A DNA stretch of 64,000 bases from Bacteroides sp. (GCA_019414665.1 DXLO01000001.1:28472-92471), one strand, 5' to 3'; positions 10,326 through 20,715 are shown, counted from the stretch's first letter. Numbers and translations: made by a program. Notes: a model not told the origin generated them from the letters alone.

Positions 10326-11252
10326 CTAAGCGTTTTCCTTAAAAGCCTTTTCTTCCGCTTCACTGATTATCTGCTCGACCACATCCGTTTTCTTAATCTC
10401 CTCCAAAGAAAGATCCGGAGTAACGGTCCCACTGTCTGAAGGCTTACTATCAGAAACCGTTACCTCCTCCTGAGGCAACTCACGGGCAGTCTTAGCCGCA
10501 AAAATACATTCAATAAAGCCGGAATCATTCTTTATTTTTCCCAAAGCCACACGCGCAGCCATTTGCTGAGACTCTTTTTTAGAATAACCGGTTCCTTTTC
10601 CTCCCGAAATACCTTCCACCAGAACTTCACTCTCGAAAGTCGGATTATATCCCTGATCGTGTGATTGGGTTATCAGCTCAAAGGTAACCTCAAAACGATT
10701 TTTCTGGCTCCATTCTATCAACTTGGATTTAAAGTTTACCTCCTTACGGGAAATCTTCTCCAAATTTATATAAGGCCCAATAATACGATGCTCCATGAAA
10801 TATTTACAGGCACGATATCCCCTGTCTAGATAAATAGCACCTACCAATGCTTCGAATGCATTGCCGCACATATAGCTGTTATGAGAAGACTGGCGGGCCG
10901 TATACTTGATCAGCTTATCCAAACCAATCTCTATAGCCAAACGATTCAATGTTTCACGCTGCACTATTTTAGAGCGGGTATTCGTGAGAAAACCCTCACG
11001 CTTTCCTTCAAACCTTTTGTAAACAATATCTGCCACCACAGCATCCAGAATAGCATCCCCCAAGAATTCCAAACGCTCATTATTAAGCAAACGCCCCTTT
11101 TCAGACTTCACTGATAAAGATTTGTGAAGCAAAGCCTGTTCGTAGATGCTAATGTCTTTGGGATAGAATCCAAGCATCTTATAAAAACGAAGATAAGACT
11201 CCCTATCCTTACGAAAAAGAAGTCTTATCCTATCCTTTATATTGCTAAACAC
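10326..11252 (-). CDS. rnc: Ribonuclease III
   Basis: NERLEFLGDA signature, dsRBD, acidic C-terminal tail; GTG start. Confidence 0.96.
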   Translation of the reverse strand: MFSNIKDRIRLLFRKDRESYLRFYKMLGFYPKDISIYEQALLHKSLSVKSEKGRLLNNERLEFLGDAILDAVVADIVYKRFEGKREGFLTNTRSKIVQRETLNRLAIEIGLDKLIKYTARQSSHNSYMCGNAFEALVGAIYLDRGYRACKYFMEHRIIGPYINLEKISRKEVNFKSKLIEWSQKNRFEVTFELITQSHDQGYNPTFESEVLVEGISGGKGTGYSKKESQQMAARVALGKIKNDSGFIECIFAAKTARELPQEEVTVSDSKPSDSGTVTPDLSLEEIKKTDVVEQIISEAEEKAFKENA

Positions 11253-11254
11253 GA

Positions 11255-12520
11255 TTATTCAGCATATTTTTTTACGATTACACATGCATTATGTCCACCA
11301 AAACCGAAGGTATTGCTCAATGCAGCGTTTACTGTACGTTTCTGAGCTTCGTTGAACGTGAAGTTCAAGTTATAATCAATGTTTTCATCATTATCACCTT
11401 CCTCATGGTTGATAGTGGGCGGAACAATGTCATTCTTCACAGCCAATACGCTGGCAATAGCTTCTACCGCACCGGCAGCACCCAACAAGTGTCCTGTCAT
11501 AGACTTAGTAGAGCTGATATTCAGTTTATAAGCGTGATCTCCAAATACATCCTTGATAGCTTTCACTTCTGAAACATCACCTACAGGAGTTGAAGTTCCA
11601 TGTACATTGATATAATCAATATCTTCCGGTTTCAATTCCGCATCTTCCAATGCGTTCAACATAACCAGTTTAGCGCCTAATCCTTCCGGATGAGAAGCTG
11701 TCAAGTGATAAGCGTCGGCAGAAGCGCCTACACCGGCAAGTTCCGCATAAATCTTGGCACCACGTGCTTTTGCATGTTCCAATTCTTCCAAAATCAGACA
11801 GCCTGCGCCTTCACCCATCACAAAGCCATCACGGCTTGCACTAAACGGGCGGGATGCACGTTCCGGATCATCATTACGGGTAGACAAAGCATGCATAGCG
11901 TTAAAACCGCCCAAACCAGCTTCAAAAATAGCAGCTTCCGCACCACCTGCCACAATTACATTTGCTTTACCCAAACGGATATAGTTAAATGCATCGGCAA
12001 TAGCATTTGATGAAGATGCACAAGCAGAAGTTGTTGTGAAGTTAGGACCGTGGAAACCATACATGATAGAGATCTGTCCCGATGCAATATCAGCTATCAT
12101 TTTGGGGATGAAGAACGGGTTGAATTTCGGTCCGACAGTATCTTTATTCAGTGTATAATTAGCTACTTCCTCTTCAAAAGTATGAATACCTCCGATACCT
12201 ACACCGTAAATTACACCTATTCTATTCAAATCTTCTTTTTCGAGGTCCATTCCAGAATCCTCCACCGCTTCTTTAGCAGCTGCAATGGCATACTGTGTAT
12301 ACAGATCCATTTTGCGAAGTTCTTTACGGTCAATGTAATCAGTTCCATTGAAATTCTTCACTTCGCATGCAAAATGAGTCTTGAATTTAGACGCATCGAA
12401 ATGAGTAATAGGTCCTGCCCCGCTTACCCCCTTCACCAGGTTTTCCCATGTTTCTGCAACATTGTTACCTACAGGAGTAAGAGCACCAAGACCTGTTACT
12501 ACTACTCTTTTTAATTCCAT
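11255..12520 (-). CDS. fabF: Beta-ketoacyl-ACP synthase II
   Basis: RVVVTGLG, SACASS, NVHGTST, KSMTGH, FGFGGHN. Confidence 0.97.
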   Translation of the reverse strand: MELKRVVVTGLGALTPVGNNVAETWENLVKGVSGAGPITHFDASKFKTHFACEVKNFNGTDYIDRKELRKMDLYTQYAIAAAKEAVEDSGMDLEKEDLNRIGVIYGVGIGGIHTFEEEVANYTLNKDTVGPKFNPFFIPKMIADIASGQISIMYGFHGPNFTTTSACASSSNAIADAFNYIRLGKANVIVAGGAEAAIFEAGLGGFNAMHALSTRNDDPERASRPFSASRDGFVMGEGAGCLILEELEHAKARGAKIYAELAGVGASADAYHLTASHPEGLGAKLVMLNALEDAELKPEDIDYINVHGTSTPVGDVSEVKAIKDVFGDHAYKLNISSTKSMTGHLLGAAGAVEAIASVLAVKNDIVPPTINHEEGDNDENIDYNLNFTFNEAQKRTVNAALSNTFGFGGHNACVIVKKYAE

Positions 12521-12538
12521 ATTATAAAATAAGGATAA

Positions 12539-12775
12539 TTACTTAGCGTTAGCTTCGATATAAGAAACGGCGTCACCTACTGTACCAATTTTCTCAGCCT
12601 GATCATCAGGAATAGAAATACCGAATTCTTTTTCGAATTCCATAATCAGCTCTACAGTATCCAGTGAATCTGCGCCCAGATCGTTAGTGAAGCTTGCTTC
12701 TGTTGTAACTTCTGATTCTTCTACACCTAATTTATCAACGATAATAGCTTTTACTCTTGATGCAATTTCAGACAT
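12539..12775 (-). CDS. acpP: Acyl carrier protein
   Basis: [12 protein letters not shown] phosphopantetheine site. Confidence 0.98.
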   Translation of the reverse strand: MSEIASRVKAIIVDKLGVEESEVTTEASFTNDLGADSLDTVELIMEFEKEFGISIPDDQAEKIGTVGDAVSYIEANAK

Positions 12776-12927
12776 AACTTTAATTTTTTAGTTAATAAAT
12801 TGAATTATTTTATTTTCTTTGCGGTTGCAAAGGAATAAATATTTCTTGGGCTGAGCAAATATTCAGGCAAATAAATGCAGAATTTTGCACATTTTTTTGT
12901 TTTATGTGCACCAAAATAGAGAACATC

Positions 12928-13506
12928 ATGAAGAAAATCGCAATTTTAGCTTCAGGAGAAGGCACGAATGCTGAAAGAATTATTCGGTATTTTTTAGAGA
13001 AAAGAACAGCTGAAGTAGCATTGGTTATCGTCAACAAAGCACAGGCCGGTGTACTCAAGCGAGCTGAAAGACTGAGTGTTCCGTCACTTATCCTCACAGC
13101 CCAAGACTTTGCCGACGGGAAAGCACTGGAAATACTGCACCAATATCATATTGACTTTATTGTACTGGCAGGCTTCCTCTTGAAAGTACCTGATGCCATT
13201 TTGCATGATTATCCGAATAAAATAGTAAATATTCATCCGGCCCTCCTTCCCAAGTTCGGTGGTAAAGGTATGTACGGTTCCCGCGTGCACCAAGCTGTCA
13301 TAGCTTCCCATGAAAAGGAAAGCGGCATCACCATCCATTATATAAATGAACGATATGATGAAGGAAATACCATTTTCCAAGCCACCTGTCCGGTATTGCC
13401 CACTGACACGCCAGATACATTGGCAATACGGGTGCACCAGTTGGAATACGAATATTTCCCTCGGGTGATTGAAGCGACTATTCTAGGCAAAAATCTTTCA
13501 ATCTAA
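12928..13506 (+). CDS. purN: Phosphoribosylglycinamide formyltransferase
   Basis: IAILASGEGTN, NIHPALLP, GITIHY; start placed at MKKIAIL. Confidence 0.95.
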   Translation: MKKIAILASGEGTNAERIIRYFLEKRTAEVALVIVNKAQAGVLKRAERLSVPSLILTAQDFADGKALEILHQYHIDFIVLAGFLLKVPDAILHDYPNKIVNIHPALLPKFGGKGMYGSRVHQAVIASHEKESGITIHYINERYDEGNTIFQATCPVLPTDTPDTLAIRVHQLEYEYFPRVIEATILGKNLSI

Positions 13507-14023
13507 TACGAAAAAACTGAAGAGCTTTGCCTATCCGATAATTGACAGTCTGCACCGACACCTCCAGCTTGTCAGCAATTTCTTTATGGGTCAGTTGTTT
13601 ATACCGACTCATAACATATACTCTTTGCAGTTCTTTAGGAAGAGAATGAAGGGCTTCCATATAGGCATTAAACAACTCCGTACCATAACAAGAATCCAAT
13701 GCCGGCAGAGATTTCAACTGTTGGCTCTGATATTCTTCATATACCTGACGGGTAATATGGGAACGGGTGATTGAATTCAAAGCCCTGTTCCTGACACTGG
13801 TAAATAAGAAAGATTTCAGCGACAAGTCCTCTACCAGCAACTCACGTTTTTCCCACACATACATCATCAAATCCTGCACTATCTCTTCAGCCTCTTCAAG
13901 AGAAACATACGAGGAACAAAACAAACATAGCGGCTTGTAATAAGAAGCATAAACCAGGGAAAATACTTTTTGATCTCCCGACTTCAAGGTTTTAATAATT
14001 AAGCGGTTATCATTAAGGTTCAT
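13478..14023 (-). CDS. ECF sigma-70 factor (Bacteroides expansion family), no adjacent anti-sigma gene
   Basis: Region 2 AEEIVQDL..VWE, SVRNRALN; region 4 LTHKEIADKLEVSVQTV. Confidence 0.92.
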   Translation of the reverse strand: MNLNDNRLIIKTLKSGDQKVFSLVYASYYKPLCLFCSSYVSLEEAEEIVQDLMMYVWEKRELLVEDLSLKSFLFTSVRNRALNSITRSHITRQVYEEYQSQQLKSLPALDSCYGTELFNAYMEALHSLPKELQRVYVMSRYKQLTHKEIADKLEVSVQTVNYRIGKALQFFRIRLKDFCLE

Positions 14024-14048
14024 AGGTCATTTTTAATTTAAGGTTACA

Positions 14049-14056
14049 CAAACATA
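14049..14056 (-). promoter_or_regulatory. Bacteroidetes sigma-A -7 element upstream of ECF gene
   Basis: TATGTTTG on the minus strand matches TAnnTTTG. Confidence 0.6.
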
Positions 14057-14119
14057 AGTATTTATTTCAAAATAAGAAAACAAGAATGAGATAAAATACA
14101 AAAAATATAAGTTTTTGTT

Positions 14120-14152
14120 TAGTAACCCGGTTATGATATTTGTATTAATAAT
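14120..14152 (+). promoter_or_regulatory. Putative ECF-dependent promoter upstream of susC
   Basis: TAG-N18-TGTATTAATAAT; same layout as 19861-19893. Confidence 0.45.
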
Positions 14153-14222
14153 GTTGACCGACTTAAAGAGAGATTAACAGAAACCTTAATAAATAAACCT
14201 TGATAAGTTAACCTTAAACTGA

Positions 14223-14315
14223 ATGCCTATGCGAAAAACTATCAAATCAAACCTATTGGGTAAACATGCCCAATTATCAACAAACCTATTATTTAATCTG
14301 AAAACAAAAATCTAA
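14223..14315 (+). CDS. Putative 30-aa upstream ORF in susC leader
   Basis: MPMRKTIKSNLLGKHAQLSTNLLFNLKTKI*, read manually; ends 28 nt before the susC ATG. Confidence 0.25.
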   Translation: MPMRKTIKSNLLGKHAQLSTNLLFNLKTKI

Positions 14316-14343
14316 TTAAGAACGAACCTCAAAATCTAACCTT

Positions 14344-17300
14344 ATGAGACGAATTTTTACTTTTTTCCTGACATTCCTATTGGGAGTGTTTGTAACAGCA
14401 TTGTATGCACAAACGCATACAGTCAGCGGTACTGTAATAGATAAAGACGCTAACGAACCTCTGATCGGCGCAAACGTATTAATTAAAGGTACAACTATCG
14501 GAACAGTGACCGACCTCGACGGAAAGTATACCCTGCAAGCCGGTGACAAAGACATTCTGGTATTCTCCTATTTAAGTATGAAAACCATAGAGGAACCTGT
14601 AAACGGACGTACAGTAATCAACGTAAAAATGGCATCGGATACAGAAACACTGGGTGAAGTCGTAGTAACGGCAATGGGTATTAAACGCCAATCCGAAACA
14701 CTGACCTATTCTGCGCAAACAGTAGGAGGTAAAGACGTTAATGACATCAAGAGCGTCAATATGATTAACTCCCTGCAAGGTAAAAGTGCCGGTATGATGA
14801 TCACACCGAACTCAACCGGAGCCGGCGGTTCTTCCAAGATTCTGTTCCGTGGCAATAAGTCCATCAGCGGTAACAACCAACCGTTAGTAGTAGTAGACGG
14901 AGTTCCTGTCATGATGAATATCACCAACTCACAAGTAGACAGCAACTACGGAGGCCAGCGAGACGGTGGTGACGCCATGTCTACAATCAATCCGGACGAC
15001 ATCGCCCAAATCACTTTGCTGAAAGGTGCATCGGCAGCAGCGCTTTATGGTGCGGTAGCAGCCAATGGCGCCATTATGATTACCACCAAATCAGCACAGT
15101 CGGGTAAAGTTTCCGTTAATGTATCCAGCAACACCACGATGGAGAGCCCAATGGTGCTACCCGAATTCCAGACTACTTATGGAATGAGCGACAACGGTAC
15201 TTTCAGCTGGGGTGAGAAACTAAGCAGCAAAGCTCCAAACTATGCAAAAAAATTCTTCCGTACCGGATTTACAACGAATAACTCCATCTCCTTAAGCGGA
15301 GGCAATGAAAATATCCAATCTTATTTTTCCTATGCCAATGTCTATTCACAAGGCATCACTCCCCAGAATGACTACCGAAGCCACAATTTGAATTCAAAAG
15401 TAGGTTTCAATATTCTGAAAGACATTCATATTGATTTCACGGCCAAGTTTACCAACCAGCACATCACCAATCAGGCAGCTGCCGGTTACTTATGGAATCC
15501 GCTGACCGGTGTTTATCTCTTCCCTAGAGGAGAAGACTGGAATGGCTATAAAGAGAACTTCGAGGTATATGATCCCGCAAGAGGCTGCTATGTCCAAAAC
15601 TGGACAAATACACAACAACAGCAATTCGGTAATCCATATTGGATGTTGAACAGACAGACCCCTATCACCGACCGTAACCGCTATGAATTCGGCGGAAGCA
15701 TCAAATGGAACATTACTCCGGATCTGAATATCCAAGGACGTATGCGTTACGAAAGAGGAGAAGAACACTGGATACACAATGCTTACGCATCCAGCGTAGG
15801 AAACCTTTATCCGATGGGACGCATGAAAGACAACCGCTATTTCAGCGACCAACTTTATGGCGATGTTTTAGTAAGCTACAACCATACATTCAATGATTTT
15901 TCTCTATCCGCTACCGCAGGTTCCAGTTTTACAAAAACCAAAACCTCTCATGTAGACCTATGGGGCGAGGGTTCCCAGTTCTCACAGCCCGGTTCCGGAA
16001 ACATTTTTTATCCGAACATCTTTACTCCGAACAACTATTATGGCAATATGTCCACCGTGGGCAAAGATGACAACTGGATGACCCAAAAACGGCTGAACTC
16101 AGTATTCGCCACCGCACAACTCGGTTACCGTGAAGGCATATTCCTTGATATATCAGCACGTAATGACTGGTCTTCGGCATTGGCTTTCACAGAAAGCTGT
16201 TCATTCTTTTATCCCTCTTTTGGAGGTAGTGTCCTGCTGAACAAATTTGTAGATATGGGTAAGAACATTGATTTGTTCAAATTCCGTGCAAGCTATTCTA
16301 TCGTAGGTAATGACGTACCTGTATTCATGAGTAATCTACTCTATTCTCTAGGTTCTCAAGGTGCCATCACTCCCCCCGACAAAGCTCCGTTCAGAACATT
16401 GAAGCCGGAAAAAACCCATTCTTTAGAAATTGGTTTTGACGGTACATTCTTACAGAACCGACTGAATATCAACCTGACTTATTATAAAACCAACACTAAA
16501 AATCAGTTCTTCTCCGTTGCGGCTCCTTACGAATCAGGCTTGAGAAACCGTTATGTAAACGCCGGTAATGTAGAAAACAAAGGCTTTGAATTCAATATCG
16601 GATGGTACGAGCAGTTCACTGACAACTTCAGCTGGAGTACCAACCTGAACTTCTCTTATAATGATAATAAAATCAAAGAATTGGTAGATGACCTTCCCAA
16701 CGGACTGACATTGACCGATTTCGGAGGTGCAAAAGTTATATTGAAAGAAGGCGGCCACTACGGAGATCTGTATGTACGTCATCTGATGCGTGATGAGAAC
16801 GGCAAACCCTTGCAAAACGAAAAAGGAGAGCCTATCGTAAGTGGTGATTCTATGGACGAACTGGAATACGCAGGCAATATGAATGCCAAAGTAAATATGG
16901 GATGGACAAACACATTCCGCTACAAAGACTTCTCACTATCGTTCCTGATTGATGCTAAATTCGGTGGAAAAGTGATTAGTATGACCGAAGCCGCCTTGGA
17001 CGGATGGGGCGTATCGAAACGTTCAGGTGAAGCCCGTGATGCCGGCGGTATTACAGTGGACGGAGTAAAATTTGATGCCGACAAGTACTATCGTACCACC
17101 GGTAACAACAACTTCAACAGTCCATACGCTGTGGAAAACTATGTTTATGATGCTACCAATATACGTCTTCGTGAAGTGACTTTCGGTTATACCTTCCGTA
17201 ACTTGCTGGGTGCAGGCAAGAACCTGACAGCAGCCATCATCGGCCGCAACCTGTTTTTCTTCCATAAAGACGCCCCGATGGATCCGGATGTATCGGCAGG

Positions 17301-17385
17301 TACAGGTAATGGAATACAAGGTGTAGATATGTTTGCACTGCCTACCTCACGCAGCTTTGGTCTTAATTTAAAACTTAACTTCTAA
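14344..17385 (+). CDS. SusC/RagA family TonB-dependent transporter (no N-terminal STN domain)
   Basis: Signal peptide directly followed by CarboxypepD-like domain; EVVVTAMG, PLVVVDGVP, LKGASAAALYG, LKPE; C-terminal Phe. Confidence 0.96.
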   Translation: MRRIFTFFLTFLLGVFVTALYAQTHTVSGTVIDKDANEPLIGANVLIKGTTIGTVTDLDGKYTLQAGDKDILVFSYLSMKTIEEPVNGRTVINVKMASDTETLGEVVVTAMGIKRQSETLTYSAQTVGGKDVNDIKSVNMINSLQGKSAGMMITPNSTGAGGSSKILFRGNKSISGNNQPLVVVDGVPVMMNITNSQVDSNYGGQRDGGDAMSTINPDDIAQITLLKGASAAALYGAVAANGAIMITTKSAQSGKVSVNVSSNTTMESPMVLPEFQTTYGMSDNGTFSWGEKLSSKAPNYAKKFFRTGFTTNNSISLSGGNENIQSYFSYANVYSQGITPQNDYRSHNLNSKVGFNILKDIHIDFTAKFTNQHITNQAAAGYLWNPLTGVYLFPRGEDWNGYKENFEVYDPARGCYVQNWTNTQQQQFGNPYWMLNRQTPITDRNRYEFGGSIKWNITPDLNIQGRMRYERGEEHWIHNAYASSVGNLYPMGRMKDNRYFSDQLYGDVLVSYNHTFNDFSLSATAGSSFTKTKTSHVDLWGEGSQFSQPGSGNIFYPNIFTPNNYYGNMSTVGKDDNWMTQKRLNSVFATAQLGYREGIFLDISARNDWSSALAFTESCSFFYPSFGGSVLLNKFVDMGKNIDLFKFRASYSIVGNDVPVFMSNLLYSLGSQGAITPPDKAPFRTLKPEKTHSLEIGFDGTFLQNRLNINLTYYKTNTKNQFFSVAAPYESGLRNRYVNAGNVENKGFEFNIGWYEQFTDNFSWSTNLNFSYNDNKIKELVDDLPNGLTLTDFGGAKVILKEGGHYGDLYVRHLMRDENGKPLQNEKGEPIVSGDSMDELEYAGNMNAKVNMGWTNTFRYKDFSLSFLIDAKFGGKVISMTEAALDGWGVSKRSGEARDAGGITVDGVKFDADKYYRTTGNNNFNSPYAVENYVYDATNIRLREVTFGYTFRNLLGAGKNLTAAIIGRNLFFFHKDAPMDPDVSAGTGNGIQGVDMFALPTSRSFGLNLKLNF

Positions 17386-19088
17386 TGCTTGAAACTATGA
17401 AACGGAATAAGATATTAACATACGCCTTCTTAATGGCAATCCCCATGACTACAGGAAACATCTTTTCTTCCTGTACAGACGACTTCGAGAAATTGAATAC
17501 CAGTAACATACAGGTAGATCCGGCAGACCTTCCTTTTGCCGCACAATGTACCGAACCGATGACCTACTGTTATCCTCCTCAGCAAAATATGTTCCAGTTT
17601 TGGACCAACCTGACTATTGACCTTTATGGAGGTTATTTTATGACTCCCAACGGTAACTTCACCAACGGTGATATGGGAGAGAACCGGGGACATAGCGGTG
17701 GTATGTACGAAAACTATTATCTCCATATTTTCAATAACACCCGCCGCATCATCGCACAATGTGACGCCAGTGGTGAAAGAGGCCTGTCAGGCGTGATGCG
17801 TATCGTACAGGCTTACGGAACATTGATGACCACAGATGCCTACGGACCGATACCTTACAGCTCCATCCTATCGGGAGAAAACGAAGTGTATTTCGAGTTC
17901 GACAGCCAGAAAGACCTGTATAAAGCCATGCTTGAAGATCTGAGTACAGCCATTACTGACATCAGTGCCATGGGAGCAGATGAAATAGCCAAATTGAAAT
18001 CCTTTGACTGTTGGTGCAACGGCGACAAAGACCTATGGGTAAAAATAGCCAATACGATGAAACTACGCATGGCGTTACGCCTGTCCAAACGGGAAACCGA
18101 AGCCGGCAACGCCGGAATGAACCTTAAGGCAATCGCTACCGAGGCTGCCCAAAACACTTTGGCAACAGTCAACAAGGATATTCTGATCGATAAAAGTCTT
18201 GAGAATGAAATGTGGCTGATGTTCAATTGGGGTGATTGTGGGTTCAATGCCAATCTGGTAACTATTATGAGTGGAACCAAAGATCCGCGCCAACCGTTAT
18301 ATATGACCCTGAATACCGGAGATATCAAAAACGAAGCCGGTACTACCACAGTAGCTGCCAATAGTCAATACCTGGGTATCCGTTTTGCCAGTGGCCTGCC
18401 TGCCAAACCAAACAGTTGGGGTAACTTCTCCGGTTGGATTCAAGGAAACAACGGTTCCTCTTATTCCATGCCACTGCCCATCATGAAAGCAGCGGAAGCC
18501 TATTTCCTACTGGCTGAAGCAAAATTAAGATGGGATATTGGCAGTGAAAGTGTAAAGAACCTATATGAAAATGGAATCCGTGTTTCCATGACTAATGAAT
18601 TAGCTTATCGGGGGGCTTATGCCGGAATCAAAGAATATCCGGAAGGAGCAGTAGATGCCTACATCAACGGAACAAGCACCCAAATAGACTATACAGATCC
18701 CATCAAAGCCGAATTAAGCACTCCGGCTGTAAATAAATTAAGTGTAAAATGGGATGAGAGCGCAAGCAACGAAGAAAAGCTGGAAAGAATCATCACCCAA
18801 AAATGGCTCGCCCTATTCCCTCTATCCACCGAAGGCTGGGCAGAACAACGCCGCACCGGCTATCCACGCTTCTTCCCTGCATTCGTCAATGAAAGTAATG
18901 GAGCCGTAAACACAGAAGAAGGTGTGCGCCGCGTAATTTATAGCAGCCAGGCTTATGATGCCAACGCTAAGGGAGTAGAAGGCGGAATCAAGCTTCTGGA
19001 CGAAGAAAATTCCAGCAAATTCGGTATTTCCGGCGACAAAGGCGGTACACATCTTTGGTGGGATAATGCTGATAAAGGAAACTTTTAA
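17385..19088 (+). CDS. SusD/RagB family lipoprotein (SusD-like_2 type)
   Basis: Lipobox FSSC; DAYGPIPYS, IITQKWLALFP, AEQRRTGYP, LWWD; TAATG overlap with susC (start may be 17397). Confidence 0.94.
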   Translation: MLETMKRNKILTYAFLMAIPMTTGNIFSSCTDDFEKLNTSNIQVDPADLPFAAQCTEPMTYCYPPQQNMFQFWTNLTIDLYGGYFMTPNGNFTNGDMGENRGHSGGMYENYYLHIFNNTRRIIAQCDASGERGLSGVMRIVQAYGTLMTTDAYGPIPYSSILSGENEVYFEFDSQKDLYKAMLEDLSTAITDISAMGADEIAKLKSFDCWCNGDKDLWVKIANTMKLRMALRLSKRETEAGNAGMNLKAIATEAAQNTLATVNKDILIDKSLENEMWLMFNWGDCGFNANLVTIMSGTKDPRQPLYMTLNTGDIKNEAGTTTVAANSQYLGIRFASGLPAKPNSWGNFSGWIQGNNGSSYSMPLPIMKAAEAYFLLAEAKLRWDIGSESVKNLYENGIRVSMTNELAYRGAYAGIKEYPEGAVDAYINGTSTQIDYTDPIKAELSTPAVNKLSVKWDESASNEEKLERIITQKWLALFPLSTEGWAEQRRTGYPRFFPAFVNESNGAVNTEEGVRRVIYSSQAYDANAKGVEGGIKLLDEENSSKFGISGDKGGTHLWWDNADKGNF

Positions 19089-19153
19089 AGGCAATATTTT
19101 AAGGTAAAGACTGTGATTTTTGTTTCAATAGGTATTCCATATTAAAGTTTCGG

Positions 19154-19184
19154 ATAGGGTAGACCGTGAGGTTTGCCCTATTTT
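19154..19184 (+). terminator. Intrinsic terminator after susD
   Basis: ATAGGGTAGACC-GTGA-GGTTTGCCCTAT (GNRA loop) followed by TTT. Confidence 0.75.
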
Positions 19185-19299
19185 ATGACTACCTCCGAAA
19201 AGCCGATACAATAACCTCCCGCACCCGAATTGTTATCATTACTAAATGAAATTAAAGACTTTTTCATCTCTTGTTGCTTGGCAAATAAAAGAAAAGCCG

Positions 19300-19307
19300 T
19301 AAGTTTG
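19300..19307 (+). promoter_or_regulatory. sigma-A -7 element for second ECF gene
   Basis: TAAGTTTG, with TTGG at 19278-19281. Confidence 0.6.
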
Positions 19308-19333
19308 CTTTCCAAAAAAGAATAAAACACAGG

Positions 19334-19843
19334 ATGCAATTATCACCCAAGGAATTTGAATACCAATTTCGCTGTCTTTACCGTCCGCTGAATATGTATG
19401 CCCTGCGCTATACTGAAAATCTGGATGACGCAGAAGACATCGTCCAACAAGCCTTCTCTGATGTATGGGAGAAGCTTGTCGGAGGCACATCTATTCAAAA
19501 CCTGAAAGCTTATATGTACCAAACTGTACGTAACCGCTCACTCACACTGATAACCAACCGACAAACACACTGTGAAACAACCGAACTGACAGACTTGGAA
19601 GATTTAACAGAAGAAGAACGCATCATCCGGTCAGAACGTGACGCGCGTTTATGGACAGCCATCGACCACCTTCCTACCGAACGGAAAAAGATCTTTCTGC
19701 TTTCCAAACGTGACGGCCTTACTTATCAGGAAATTGCCACCGAACTGGGTATTTCTATAAAAACTGTCGAACATCAAATCAGTAAGGCACTGAAAACATT
19801 ACGAGAAACAGCCATTAAAATATATACTTTTTTCTTCGGATAA
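19334..19843 (+). CDS. ECF sigma-70 factor
   Basis: DAEDIVQQAF, TVRNRSL, LTYQEIATELGISIKTVEHQI. Confidence 0.94.
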   Translation: MQLSPKEFEYQFRCLYRPLNMYALRYTENLDDAEDIVQQAFSDVWEKLVGGTSIQNLKAYMYQTVRNRSLTLITNRQTHCETTELTDLEDLTEEERIIRSERDARLWTAIDHLPTERKKIFLLSKRDGLTYQEIATELGISIKTVEHQISKALKTLRETAIKIYTFFFG

Positions 19844-19860
19844 AAAAATCGGCAAGCGAA

Positions 19861-19893
19861 TAGGGGGTTTTGTCTTTTCCCTGTCTTAACAAT
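19861..19893 (+). promoter_or_regulatory. Putative ECF-dependent promoter upstream of fecR
   Basis: TAG-N18-TGTCTTAACAAT between the sigma and anti-sigma genes. Confidence 0.5.
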
Positions 19894-19911
19894 AAAAAGA
19901 AAGAAGATCGC

Positions 19912-20715
19912 ATGGAGAAAGAAGAGAAAGATATTCGTTTTGTAGCCCGGTTCTATCGGGAAAACAGGCTGGACACAACACAAGCCTGGCAAAAACTAGG
20001 TATCGGCAAACAAAGAAATAACTCTATCTTATTATATAGACTGATAACTATCGCTGCTGTCACTTTCCTGATAGCCGGATTCAGTTGGTGGTGGATATAC
20101 GACAGGCAAGACTGGATTGTCATTGCCTCATCCGCACACGCTGTCAAAGAAGTCACGCTTCCGGACAACAGCCATATTACGCTGGCAGAGAATTCGGCCT
20201 TACAGTATGACCGCTTGGCATACGGTAAAAAAAACAGGAACGTCACTTTAAATGGAAAAGCATATTTTTCAGTCACACATCAAGAACAATGTCCTTTCAG
20301 GGTACAGACCGAACTGGCAAACATACAAGTACTGGGTACACAATTCCAAGTAACGGCAAATGCAAATCAGACTTCGGCAACCGTAGAGTCTGGAAAAGTC
20401 CGTTTTTATAACAAAGAACAAAAAGAGGCTATTCTGACAAAAGGCATGTATGCCTTCATTAACCAAAAAGGACAAATGCAAATAAACAAACAAAGTGACC
20501 CCAACACTTTTGCATGGAAGACCCACGTGTTTGTTTATAATGAAGCCCCCTTGAAAAAGGTAGTAAAAGAATTAGAAGAAGTCTATAAGGTCCATATCGG
20601 CGGAATTCCACAAAAAGAGTACTATCTGACCACGACCTTTGACAATACTCCGATAGAAGACATAATTGAAATCATAAACCAAACACTAGATACGAAACTA
20701 GACATAACCCAATGA
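19912..20715 (+). CDS. FecR-family anti-sigma factor
   Basis: Single TM helix; TLPDNSHITL, LNGKAYFSV, VLGTQF, AWK motifs; ATG 19912 preferred over TTG 19870. Confidence 0.92.
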   Translation: MEKEEKDIRFVARFYRENRLDTTQAWQKLGIGKQRNNSILLYRLITIAAVTFLIAGFSWWWIYDRQDWIVIASSAHAVKEVTLPDNSHITLAENSALQYDRLAYGKKNRNVTLNGKAYFSVTHQEQCPFRVQTELANIQVLGTQFQVTANANQTSATVESGKVRFYNKEQKEAILTKGMYAFINQKGQMQINKQSDPNTFAWKTHVFVYNEAPLKKVVKELEEVYKVHIGGIPQKEYYLTTTFDNTPIEDIIEIINQTLDTKLDITQ

